Positions 1-8,609 of a stretch of 48,242 nucleotides of DNA are shown here, piece after piece. The stretch is from NCBI GenBank assembly GCA_001302985.1, contig LJNG01000005.1, positions 1 to 48,242 on the forward strand, read 5' to 3'. The DNA is from Parcubacteria bacterium DG_74_3 (GTDB lineage: Bacteria; Patescibacteriota; Minisyncoccia; Minisyncoccales; DG-74-3). Below the pieces are notes generated by a model that saw only the letters and a list, made by a program, of their open reading frames with translations, searched no databases and was not told where the DNA came from. The translations under genes and the position numbers were made by a program. How positions within the stretch are numbered: the stretch's first letter is position 1; every line of letters begins with the position of its first letter.

Positions 1-832
1 AAGAGTTTACCGTCCAATGAAAGACGGGGTTATTGCTGATTTTAGGGTTACCCAGGCCATGTTGAGATATTTTATTGATAAAATTTCCGGGCCCTTTCGC
101 ATTATTAGACCGGAATTACTAATTGGAGTACCAGCTGGCATTACTTCAACCGAAAGAAGGGCAGTTATTGAAGCAGGTATGGCAGCGGGCAGTAGGGGAG
201 TCTATTTAGCCAAAGAGCCAATTTTGGCTGCCATTGGAGCGGAAATTCCCATTAATTCTTGTTCGGGAAATATGATTGTTGATATTGGGGGAGGGACAAC
301 CGAGGTGGCAGTAATTTCTCTGGGAGGAATAGTGAGTTGTCGCTCAATTAGAACAGCCGGGGATAGGATGGATTTGGCGATTTCTGATTTCATTAAGAAA
401 AAACACAATTTAGCAATAGGAGAGAGAACCGCTGAAGAGGTAAAAATAGAAATTGGCTCTGCCCTTTCCGAAAAAGAACCAAGAACTATAGAAATCAGAG
501 GTCGCGATTTAATTACTGGTCTTCCCCGAACAATTAAAGTTTCCTCTAACGAGGCTTGCGAAGCAACCTCAGATACTTTGGCTGAAATTATCCAGGTGAT
601 TAAGTTAGTTTTAAGAGATACTCCCCCTGAATTATCTGCCGACATAATGGATAGGGGTATGGTATTAGCCGGTGGGGGCTCGATGTTAAGAAATTTGCCC
701 GAGCTTTTTGCTCAAGCCACTGGCGTTCCCTGTATTTTAGCTGATGAACCCAAGCATTGCGTAGCCGAAGGAGCGGGAGTTATATTGGAAAATTTAGATT
801 TATATAAAAAGAGCGTAATGAGCCAAAAATGA
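1..832 (+). CDS. mreB: Rod-shape protein MreB, 5'-truncated by the window edge
   Basis: The frame is open from position 2 (..VYRPMKDGVIADF..). It carries the actin-fold motifs MIVDIGGGTTEVAVISLGG and GGGSMLRNL. Confidence 0.9.
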   Translation, partial: RVYRPMKDGVIADFRVTQAMLRYFIDKISGPFRIIRPELLIGVPAGITSTERRAVIEAGMAAGSRGVYLAKEPILAAIGAEIPINSCSGNMIVDIGGGTTEVAVISLGGIVSCRSIRTAGDRMDLAISDFIKKKHNLAIGERTAEEVKIEIGSALSEKEPRTIEIRGRDLITGLPRTIKVSSNEACEATSDTLAEIIQVIKLVLRDTPPELSADIMDRGMVLAGGGSMLRNLPELFAQATGVPCILADEPKHCVAEGAGVILENLDLYKKSVMSQK

Positions 833-1701
833 TAGTCGGGCATCAAAAACAATGGAATTTTCTAAAACAAGCAGCAACTCTGGGTCTTCTCTCCCACGCC
901 TATTTATTTGCCGGTCCTTCGAAATTAGGAAAAAAAACAATAGCCCTAAAGTGGCTTTCTTTAATATTGAACTATCCCCTTGAAGAGCGACGTCACCCTG
1001 ACCTTATTTTGATTGAACCCCAAAACAACGTTATCCAGATTTCCCAAATTAGAGACCTAATCTGGAAATTAAAACTTTCCCCTCATTCAACTTCTTTTAA
1101 GACAGCCATAATAGACCAAGCTCATTTAATGGGAATTGAAGCCCAGAATGCTCTCTTAAAAACCCTGGAAGAACCCAAGGGCAATGTTCTCTTGATTTTG
1201 ATTACTCAATTTCCAGAAAATTTCCTGCCGACTATTATTTCTCGGTGTGAAATTTTAAAATTTCATCTTGTCCCAAAGGCGGAAATAAAAGGGTTCTTAG
1301 AAAATCAAGGACTTTCTACCAAAGAGGCCGAAGATTTGGCCACGATTTCCCAGGGCAGACCAGGAATTGCCATCGACTTTTTATTAAATCCCCAGAAACT
1401 AGAAAGTCAAAAGAAAATAATAAATAAATTAATAAAAATTTCAAATTCTCCTCTAATTATCCGTTTTCAATATGCAAAAGATTTATCTCAAGAAAAGAGT
1501 TTAGAAGAGATTTTAGAAATCTGGCTCTCTTATCTGAGAAAGATTTTATTGGCAAAAATTAATAAATCTCCTGGGTTTGAAGGATACTCTTTTGCTAAAT
1601 TAAAGAATACTCTTTCTGTCTTGGAGAGGACAAGATTCCTGATTACCACAACTAACGTGAATTCTAAATTAGCTTTAGAAATTTTAATGCTTAATTTTTA
1701 A
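829..1701 (+). CDS. holB: DNA polymerase III delta' subunit
   Basis: 290 aa with N-terminal HAYLFAGPSKLGKKT (P-loop-like), a SRC-type motif (ISRCEILKF), and a 4-nt overlap with mreB. Confidence 0.8.
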   Translation: MIVGHQKQWNFLKQAATLGLLSHAYLFAGPSKLGKKTIALKWLSLILNYPLEERRHPDLILIEPQNNVIQISQIRDLIWKLKLSPHSTSFKTAIIDQAHLMGIEAQNALLKTLEEPKGNVLLILITQFPENFLPTIISRCEILKFHLVPKAEIKGFLENQGLSTKEAEDLATISQGRPGIAIDFLLNPQKLESQKKIINKLIKISNSPLIIRFQYAKDLSQEKSLEEILEIWLSYLRKILLAKINKSPGFEGYSFAKLKNTLSVLERTRFLITTTNVNSKLALEILMLNF

Positions 1702-1711
1702 AAAGAATCTC

Positions 1712-2266
1712 ATGTATAAAGACATTATTAATAGAATTAAGCCAGAGCTTGAAAAAACTCTTGATTATCTGGAAAGAGAGCTGGGTAAAATTCGAACTAG
1801 CCGAGCCTCCCCCTCTTTGGTTGAAGACGTGGAGGTACAGTGTTTTGGTCAAAAATTTCATCTGAAACAGTTAGCAACCATCTCGGTTACTGCCAAGAAC
1901 GAGATTTTAATTCAGCCCTGGGATAAATCCTATGTTGAACCAATAGTTACTGCCCTTTCAAGGTCATCGTTGAAAATGAATCCCGTGGTAGAGAGCGACT
2001 TTATTAGGTTTTCTCTCCCTCCCTTAAGTGCTGAGTATCGAGAAAATTTACTACAAATTATTGCTCAAAAAAAAGAAGATGCGAGAATAACTGTCAGGAG
2101 GTGGCGAGGTGAAGTCTGGGATGAAATTCAGACCCTTACTCAGACAGGAAAGATTCCGGAAGATGATAAATATCGAGGCAAGTCAGAACTTCAGGATTTG
2201 GTAGATGAATATAATAAAAAAATTGAGGAGGTGGTAGAAAAAAAGAAAAAAGAGATAATGAAATAA
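1712..2266 (+). CDS. frr: Ribosome recycling factor
   Basis: 184 aa, ..LGKIRTSRASPSLVEDVEV.. plus a K/E-rich C-terminal helix, typical of RRF. Confidence 0.9.
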   Translation: MYKDIINRIKPELEKTLDYLERELGKIRTSRASPSLVEDVEVQCFGQKFHLKQLATISVTAKNEILIQPWDKSYVEPIVTALSRSSLKMNPVVESDFIRFSLPPLSAEYRENLLQIIAQKKEDARITVRRWRGEVWDEIQTLTQTGKIPEDDKYRGKSELQDLVDEYNKKIEEVVEKKKKEIMK

Positions 2267-2271
2267 TAAGC

Positions 2272-3360
2272 ATGATTTTTCAGATTTTAATTGCCATTTT
2301 TAGCATTGTGATTTTATTTTCCCTTCATGAACTGGGACATTTTATTTTAGCAAAGGTCTTTGGGGTAAGGGTCCAAGAGTTTGGTTTGGGCTATCCTCCC
2401 CGAATCTTTGGCAAAACAATTGGCCAAACTTTTTATTCTCTAAATCTTTTACCCTTTGGTGCCTTTGTAAGGGTATACGGAGAGGAAGAAGGAGTTATGG
2501 AAGGCGGGAGTTTTAGAACAAAACCCATTTGGCAAAGAGCCTTAATTGTTTTGGGGGGAGTAATTACCTTTTGGATAATCGCTTTTTTACTTTTCACCTT
2601 GGTGGCAGGTGTCTGGGGATTACCGGTGGCCGTGGAAGATGAGATTAATCACGACTTAAAGGATACTAAAATTCAGATTATTGAAATTCTACCCAATTCT
2701 CCAGCAGAAAGAGCCGAATTAAAATCAGGTGACATTATTAAGAAAATAGAGAGTGGGGGAGATTTACTTGAAACCGACAAGGTGGCTGAGGTAGTGGAGT
2801 TTGTTAAAATTCATCAAGGCAGAGAAGTTGTTTTAACCATCAAAAGGGGCGGGGAGGTTTTAGAAATTGTTCTTGTTCCCAGGGTTTCTCCTCCGGAAAA
2901 CGAAGGACCTATGGGAGTTAGTCTTACCAGAACTGCCCTGGAGCATTATTCTTGGAGAGAAGCACCTCTCCAGGGTATCCTGACGACAGGTAGAGTAACC
3001 ATTGCCATTCCCCGTCTTTTAGGAGATGCCCTGATAAAATCTTTTAGAGGAGAGCAACCCAGGGAACAAATAGAACTTAAAGGACCGGTTGGTGTTGCCC
3101 AGCTTATTGGAGAGATTATTCCTCAGGGAATCAATTACTTCTTATATTTTATGGCAATAATTGCTATTCATGCAGCTCTATTTAATCTCCTACCCATTCC
3201 GGCTGTAGACGGAGGAAGATTATTGTTTCTGGGAATCGAGAAAATTAAAGGAGGACCTCTTGACCCTAAAACAGAAAAAAATGTTAATGCTTTTTTCTTT
3301 ACCCTCTTAATTATTTTGATGGTTTTCGTGACAATAAAAGACATAAAAGGTCTTCTTTAA
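2272..3360 (+). CDS. rseP: Site-2 (M50) zinc metalloprotease RseP with PDZ domain
   Basis: HELGHF zinc motif in TM1, a central PDZ-like segment, and a C-terminal NLLPIPAVDGG motif. Confidence 0.85.
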   Translation: MIFQILIAIFSIVILFSLHELGHFILAKVFGVRVQEFGLGYPPRIFGKTIGQTFYSLNLLPFGAFVRVYGEEEGVMEGGSFRTKPIWQRALIVLGGVITFWIIAFLLFTLVAGVWGLPVAVEDEINHDLKDTKIQIIEILPNSPAERAELKSGDIIKKIESGGDLLETDKVAEVVEFVKIHQGREVVLTIKRGGEVLEIVLVPRVSPPENEGPMGVSLTRTALEHYSWREAPLQGILTTGRVTIAIPRLLGDALIKSFRGEQPREQIELKGPVGVAQLIGEIIPQGINYFLYFMAIIAIHAALFNLLPIPAVDGGRLLFLGIEKIKGGPLDPKTEKNVNAFFFTLLIILMVFVTIKDIKGLL

Positions 3361-3381
3361 AATAAATCTTGTTTTTAGCCA

Positions 3382-4620
3382 ATGAAACAATCTCAACTTT
3401 TTACCAAAACCCTTAAGGAGGCTCCCAGGGACGAAAAAAGTCCCAATGCCAAACTTTTAATTAGAGCAGGTTTTATTGATAAATTAACGGCCGGAGTTTA
3501 TTCTTATTTGCCGTTGGGTTTGAGGGTTTTGAAAAAAATTGAAAATATTATCCGGGAGGAAATAAATAGAATTTCCGGTCAAGAAGTTTTGCTCCCTGCC
3601 CTCCATCCTAAGAAAAATTGGAAAATAACAGATAGGTGGCAGTATAAAGAAATGTTTAAATTAAAAAGCCGGGAGGGAAAAGATTTTAGCCTGGGCTGGA
3701 CTCATGAAGAGATTGTTACCCCCCTGGTTCAGAATTTTGTTAAATCCTATAAAGACCTGCCAGTATTTGTTTATCAAATTCAAGATAAATTTAGAGATGA
3801 ATTAAGGGTAAAATCTGGTTTGTTAAGGGGAGTAGAATTTCTAATGAAAGACCTTTATTCTTTTCATCGAGACGAGAAAGATTTAAATGAATATTACGAG
3901 AAAGTGAAAAAAGCGTATTTTCAAATTTTCAAGAGATGTGGTATAGGCAAACAAACCTTCTTGACCTTAGCCTCGGGAGGTACTTTTAGTAAATATTCTC
4001 ATGAGTTTCAAACCCTTACCCCTTACGGTGAAGACCGAATTTACCTTTGTCCAAAATGTAAATTAGCCACCAACAAAGAAATTATGAAGGAACAGAATTA
4101 TAGGTGTCAAAAATGTAAAAGCCAAAAATTAGAAATCAAAAAAGCTATTGAAGTAGGTAACATCTTTAAATTAAAAAGTAAATTTAGTGAGGCATTTAAT
4201 TTCAAATTTAAAGAAAGAGACGGAAAAGAAAGATTGATTTTGATGGGGTGTTACGGGATAGGTCTTGGTAGATTGATGGGTGCTATAGTCGAGGTTCATC
4301 ACGATAAAAATGGTATTATCTGGCCAGACAGTGTTTCTCCTTTTCAGATTCACCTGCTTTCGTTGGAAAGGTCTTCTCGGGTTGAAAAAATATCAAGAAA
4401 ATTATATAAAGATTTACAAAAGGGAGGCGTTGAGGTTTTCTATGACGATAGAGAAGATAAAAGCCCGGCAGAGAAACTAATTGATGCTGATTTAATTGGC
4501 CTTCCAATGAGAATGGTGGTTAGCGAAAGAACATTAGCCAGGGGCTGTGTTGAGATTAAAAAAAGAAATCAAAAAAGGGGGAAACTTATTTCTATTTCAA
4601 AAGTTAAAAAACTCATTTAA
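3382..4620 (+). CDS. proS: Prolyl-tRNA synthetase, bacterial-type N-terminus but no INS editing domain
   Basis: MKQSQLFTKTLKEAP..LLIRAGFI.., class II motifs and GCYGIGLGRL. It is only 412 aa, with CPKC..CQKC at the usual INS position. Confidence 0.85.
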   Translation: MKQSQLFTKTLKEAPRDEKSPNAKLLIRAGFIDKLTAGVYSYLPLGLRVLKKIENIIREEINRISGQEVLLPALHPKKNWKITDRWQYKEMFKLKSREGKDFSLGWTHEEIVTPLVQNFVKSYKDLPVFVYQIQDKFRDELRVKSGLLRGVEFLMKDLYSFHRDEKDLNEYYEKVKKAYFQIFKRCGIGKQTFLTLASGGTFSKYSHEFQTLTPYGEDRIYLCPKCKLATNKEIMKEQNYRCQKCKSQKLEIKKAIEVGNIFKLKSKFSEAFNFKFKERDGKERLILMGCYGIGLGRLMGAIVEVHHDKNGIIWPDSVSPFQIHLLSLERSSRVEKISRKLYKDLQKGGVEVFYDDREDKSPAEKLIDADLIGLPMRMVVSERTLARGCVEIKKRNQKRGKLISISKVKKLI

Positions 4621-4636
4621 GATTTGACTAATAAAT

Positions 4637-5693
4637 ATGTTTTATAAAATTCGTAAGTTATTTTCTGAAGATATAGCCATTGATTTGGGAACAACGAATT
4701 CCATGGTTTATGTTCGAGGAAAGGGTATTGTGATTCAAGAACCCTCGGTGGTAGCCGTTAATCAAAAAACCGGTCAAATTTTAGCCATTGGAGAAGAAGC
4801 AAAAAAAATGGTAGGCAAGACCCCAGCCCATATTGTTGCCACCCGACCCCTGGTGGCTGGCGTTATTTCTGATTTTGAAGTTACAGAACAAATGCTTCGT
4901 TATTTTATTGAAAAAGCGCGGGAAAGAAAATTTATTTTAAACTTCAGACCTAGAGTAATTGTTGGTATTCCCTGTGGGGTCACGGAAGTAGAAAAAAAAG
5001 CAGTTTCCGATGCTACCAAATCAGCTGGAGCCGGAGAAGTCTTTTTAATTGAAGAACCAATGGCAGCTGCTATTGGAGCCAGGCTTCCGGTTCAAGAGCC
5101 AGGTGGCATTTTTTATTGTTGATATTGGAGGAGGAAGGACTGAAGTGGCTGTTATTTCTTTGGGAGGTTTGGTTTTATCAAAGAGTTTGAAAATAGCTGG
5201 AAATAAACTCAATCAGGATATTATTCAATGGGCTGATCAGGAGTATAAATTATTAATCGGAGAACGGACGGCCGAAACAATTAAAATTGGAATTGGGTCA
5301 GCCCACCCCATGAAAGAAAAACTGGAAATGCCAATGCGGGGAAGAAATTTAGTTACCGGACTTCCTGAAGAAATTTTAGTTTCTGATGGGGAAATTAGAA
5401 AAGCCCTGGAAAGATCTATTGGCCAAATTATTATGGCGATTAAAACCGCTATTGAAGAAACACCTCCCGAACTATTAGCCGATATTATGGCTTCGGGAAT
5501 TCATATGTCAGGCGGAGGTTCTCTTTTACGAAGTTTGGACTACTCTGGTTACAAAAAGGAAACTAAAATTCCAACTAAAATCATTGAAGACCCGATGACA
5601 ACCGTGGTTCGGGGAGCAGGTATGGTTCTGGAGCATCTTGATGAGCTAAGAGAAGTTTTGGCTGAAACAGAATATTTAGAACCGCCACGATAA
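4637..5693 (+). pseudogene. mreB: Second MreB paralogue, split by a +1 frame disruption in a T6 run
   Basis: ORFs 4637..5122 and 5049..5693 together give a full MreB. Removing one T from T6 (5109..5114) restores ..EPGGIFIVDIGGGRTEVAVISLGG.. Confidence 0.75.
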
Positions 5694-5727
5694 ATCCGAA
5701 ACTCGGAAATTTAATTTTATTCTTATC

Positions 5728-6018
5728 ATGCTAAAGAAAGAAGAAGTTGAACACATTGCAAAATTAGCCCGTTTGGGCTTAACCGAGAAAGAACTGGAAA
5801 AGATGAAGAGAGAGCTTTCGAAAATTTTAGATTATTTTGAACAATTGAAAGAAATTGATGTTTCAAGAGTGGAACCCGCCACTCACTCAGTAAAAGTTGA
5901 AAATGTGATGCGGGAAGACGAAGAGAGATTAAAAAAGCCCAAAGACCAGAATAAAAAACTTTTAGATTTAGTTCCAGAAAGGAAAGATAATTATTTAAAA
6001 GTTAAATCGATTTTATAA
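5728..6018 (+). CDS. gatC: Glu/Asp-tRNA amidotransferase subunit C
   Basis: 96 aa, VEHIAKLARLGLTEKELE.. typical of GatC, directly upstream of gatA. Confidence 0.85.
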   Translation: MLKKEEVEHIAKLARLGLTEKELEKMKRELSKILDYFEQLKEIDVSRVEPATHSVKVENVMREDEERLKKPKDQNKKLLDLVPERKDNYLKVKSIL

Positions 6019-6019
6019 C

Positions 6020-7456
6020 GTGAATTTAACCGAGCTAACAATTAGACAAACTCACGAGGGATTAAAAAAAAAGCAATTTTCAGCCTTAGAGATTTGTCGG
6101 GCCTATTTGGATAAAATAGCAAAAGAAGATAAAAAAATTAATGCTTTTTTAACGGTCACCAGAGAGTCAGCTCTTTTGCAAGCAAAAAAAATTGATGAAA
6201 TGATTCTATCGGGCCAAGAGATTTCTTTATTAGCCGGAATTCCCCTAGCCATTAAAGATAACATTTTGGTAAAAAATGTTAGATGTACGGCAGGTTCCAA
6301 AATTTTAGATAATTATATTGCTCCCTACGATGCCACGGTTATCAAGAAGCTTCAAGAGAGAGGAGCGGTAATTTTAGGGAAGACCAATTTAGACGAGTTT
6401 GCCATGGGTGCTTCTGGTGAGAACTCGGCTTTTGGCCCAACAAGAAACCCTCACGATTTAAGCAGAGTGCCCGGAGGTTCTTCGGCAGGTTCAGTAGCTG
6501 CGGTAGCAGCTAATATGTCTTGTGGCGCTTTAGGCTCTGACACCGGAGGTTCAATCAGGCAACCTGCTTCTCTTTCTGGGGTAGTAGGTTTGAAGCCAAC
6601 CTATGGAGCTGTATCTCGATATGGATTGATAGCCTTGGTTTGTTCTTTTGACCAGATAGGTCCGATAACTAAAACCATCGAAGATGCTAAGATTCTTTTT
6701 GAAGCCATTTCCGGCAAGGACCCCCTTGATTCCACCAGCCTGGAATTCAAATTTCAATCTTCGCTTCCCAATTTTCAAATTAAGGAAGTTTGTTTTGGTG
6801 TTCCCAAAGAATATTTTATTGAGGGAATTGACCCTAAGGTTGAAGAAATAATCCAAAAAGCAATAAAAAAATACGAAGATTTGGGGGCGAAAATTGAAGA
6901 GATAAGTTTACCCCATACCAAATATGCTATCGCCACTTATTATATAATTACTCCCAGCGAGGTTTCGGCTAATTTAGCCAGATATGATGGAATAAAATAT
7001 GGTTACTCAACTATTCAATCTAAAAAATCAAAACTAAAATCTTTGTTAAATGTTTATTTGGAATCGAGGGGAGAAGGATTTGGCGAGGAAGTGAGGAGAA
7101 GGATAATGCTGGGAACCTATGCTTTATCGGCTGGTTATTACGATGCTTATTATTTAAAAGCTCAGAAATTTCGAACCTTGATTAAGGAAGATTTTAAGAA
7201 AGCATTTCAAAAAGTTGATTTTATTTTGACTCCGACATCTCCGACACCCGCTTTTAAGCTTGGAGAGAAGACGGAGGACCCGCTAAAAATGTACCTCTGT
7301 GATATTTTTACTTCCCCCGTTAATTTAGCTGGTTTGCCGGGAATTTCTATACCTGCTGGTAAAAAAGGGAATTTACCTGTTGGACTTCAAATAATTGGAA
7401 AGCCCTTTGAAGAAGATAAAATTTTACAAGTAGCTCAAACGTTTGAAACAATATGA
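6020..7456 (+). CDS. gatA: Glu/Asp-tRNA amidotransferase subunit A (GTG start)
   Basis: 478 aa with the amidase signature GGSSAGSVAAVAA..GSDTGGSIRQPA. Confidence 0.9.
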   Translation: MNLTELTIRQTHEGLKKKQFSALEICRAYLDKIAKEDKKINAFLTVTRESALLQAKKIDEMILSGQEISLLAGIPLAIKDNILVKNVRCTAGSKILDNYIAPYDATVIKKLQERGAVILGKTNLDEFAMGASGENSAFGPTRNPHDLSRVPGGSSAGSVAAVAANMSCGALGSDTGGSIRQPASLSGVVGLKPTYGAVSRYGLIALVCSFDQIGPITKTIEDAKILFEAISGKDPLDSTSLEFKFQSSLPNFQIKEVCFGVPKEYFIEGIDPKVEEIIQKAIKKYEDLGAKIEEISLPHTKYAIATYYIITPSEVSANLARYDGIKYGYSTIQSKKSKLKSLLNVYLESRGEGFGEEVRRRIMLGTYALSAGYYDAYYLKAQKFRTLIKEDFKKAFQKVDFILTPTSPTPAFKLGEKTEDPLKMYLCDIFTSPVNLAGLPGISIPAGKKGNLPVGLQIIGKPFEEDKILQVAQTFETI

Positions 7457-8016
7457 TTACATTAAAATATTTACTTGAATGGGAGCCCGTTGCTTCTTTT
7501 CAAGAACTCCCCCTTTTCTTACAAAAACTTATTTTCCCTTCATTTCAGGGAGGACTTCTTTGGATTAAAATTGTTTTTATATCTTTTTCCTTGTTTTTTC
7601 TGGGAGGAACAACATATTTCCTCTTAACCACTTCTTGGTTAAGAAGGCTTATCTTACAAGATCTAATCGAAGTTTTTACCTACCGACCCTATTGGACTAG
7701 AGAGTACAAAAGGAAGTGGAGGAAAATTACTAATAGATTAAACACGGGTCTCGAGTCTGAATACAAATTAGCTGTCATTGAGGCAGAAAAAATGCTCAAT
7801 GAAGCACTGGAAAAAATGGGTTATCCCGAACAAAGCCTGGGAGAAAAATTAGACAAATTAACCAAAGACACCTTGCCAAATATCTCTCAGGTTAGAGAGG
7901 CCAATAAAATCCAAAACAATGTTGTTCGCGACCCCGACTACAGGTTAACTCTTGAACAAGCCAAAAGCGTAGTCCTTACATACGAACAGGCTCTTCATGA
8001 GTTGGAGGTTTTTTAA
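7453..8016 (+). CDS. Hypothetical membrane protein
   Basis: 187 aa with one clear hydrophobic segment and a helical C-terminus. It overlaps gatA by 4 nt. No family recognised. Confidence 0.5.
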   Translation: MITLKYLLEWEPVASFQELPLFLQKLIFPSFQGGLLWIKIVFISFSLFFLGGTTYFLLTTSWLRRLILQDLIEVFTYRPYWTREYKRKWRKITNRLNTGLESEYKLAVIEAEKMLNEALEKMGYPEQSLGEKLDKLTKDTLPNISQVREANKIQNNVVRDPDYRLTLEQAKSVVLTYEQALHELEVF

Positions 8017-8035
8017 TTACTGTTTTAGAGTCAGA

Positions 8036-8064
8036 TTGACTTTTATCAAAAAATAAGATAATAT
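8036..8064 (+). promoter_or_regulatory. Sigma70-like promoter for the tRNA cluster
   Basis: TTGACT (8036-8041), 17-nt spacer, TAATAT (8059-8064), about 17 nt before the first tRNA. Confidence 0.55.
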
Positions 8065-8080
8065 ATTCCCATTGGAACGA

Positions 8081-8151
8081 AGCGGGGTAGAGGAGTAGTA
8101 CCTTACCAGGCTCATAACCTGGAGACGCTGGTGCAATTCCAGCCCCCGCAA
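8081..8151 (+). tRNA. Initiator tRNA-Met (CAT) with atypical D- and T-loops
   Basis: Acceptor AGCGGGG/CCCCGCA with an A1:A72 mismatch, A11:U24, anticodon loop CTCATAA and discriminator A. The register matches E. coli tRNA-fMet. D-loop is AGTAGTA and T-loop TGCAATT. No CCA encoded. Confidence 0.7.
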
Positions 8152-8224
8152 GCCAGTATAGCTCAATGGTTAGAGCAATTGCATCATAAGCAAGAGGTTG
8201 CGGGTTCGAATCCTGCTACTGGCA
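8152..8224 (+). tRNA. tRNA with CAT anticodon (elongator Met or Ile2, undecidable by eye)
   Basis: Acceptor GCCAGTA/TACTGGC, D arm GCTC-AATGGTTA-GAGC, anticodon loop ATCATAA, T arm GCGGG-TTCGAAT-CCTGC. It starts the base after the previous tRNA. Confidence 0.85.
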
Positions 8225-8393
8225 TAAAATTTTGGTGACTGAGTAGGGCTTGGGCATAGGTCGCCTCAGAACTAAAGCTAAGCTCAGTTCGGCGCAGCCC
8301 TGAAGACAACTCATTATTCTACTTGGGAGAACCCCCACCCCACTGAGTTTGCGGATGTAACTTAGTTCTGATAAAAACGCTCAGGACAATTAT

Positions 8394-8469
8394 GGACCCG
8401 TAGTGTAGCCCGGTTTAACACGCTTCCCTGTCACGGAAGAGATCGCCGGTTCAAATCCGGTCGGGTCCG
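8394..8469 (+). tRNA. tRNA-Asp (GTC)
   Basis: Acceptor GGACCCG/CGGGTCC, anticodon loop CTGTCAC, T arm GCCGG-TTCAAAT-CCGGT, discriminator G. Confidence 0.9.
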
Positions 8470-8521
8470 CAAAATAAATTCTTAGTAAGGTCAAATTCTA
8501 TTGCCCGGCCCAATTATTATT

Positions 8522-8542
8522 GAGGGAAAGACCCTCTTTTTT
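8522..8542 (+). terminator. Intrinsic terminator after the tRNA cluster
   Basis: GAGGG-aaaga-CCCTC followed by TTTTTT. Confidence 0.6.
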
Positions 8543-8609
8543 ATTATTTTTCTCCACAGCTTAAGACTTGATTTTAGGTTAATTTTAGGTTAAAATTAAA
8601 AAATAGATT

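Noticed and set aside
202-645. 147-aa antisense ORF inside mreB. Similar antisense or alternate-frame ORFs occur inside proS, gatA, pheS/pheT, gyrB, nusG, thyX, glyA, miaA, thrS, rnhB, the ABC genes and mltG.
   Set aside because: Each lies wholly within a well-supported conserved gene on the other strand or frame and has low-complexity or hydrophobic composition typical of shadow ORFs. None has a start-site signal.
8082-8150. First reading of the first CAT tRNA as a defective or pseudo-tRNA (6-bp acceptor, T7:C mismatch).
   Set aside because: Shifting the register by one base (8081..8151) gives a 7-bp acceptor with a 1:72 mismatch, U8 and A11:U24, exactly the bacterial initiator layout. It is therefore called as initiator tRNA with unusual loops.
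8225-8393. Assigning the tRNA-operon spacer, the 35680 leader or the 46840 domain to SRP RNA, RNase P RNA, tmRNA or 6S RNA.
   Set aside because: None shows the hallmark motifs I can recall: SRP GGAA tetraloop with AGCA loop, RNase P GAGGAAAGUCC, or the tmRNA tRNA-like end with TTCGAAT/CCA. They are left as unknown candidates.
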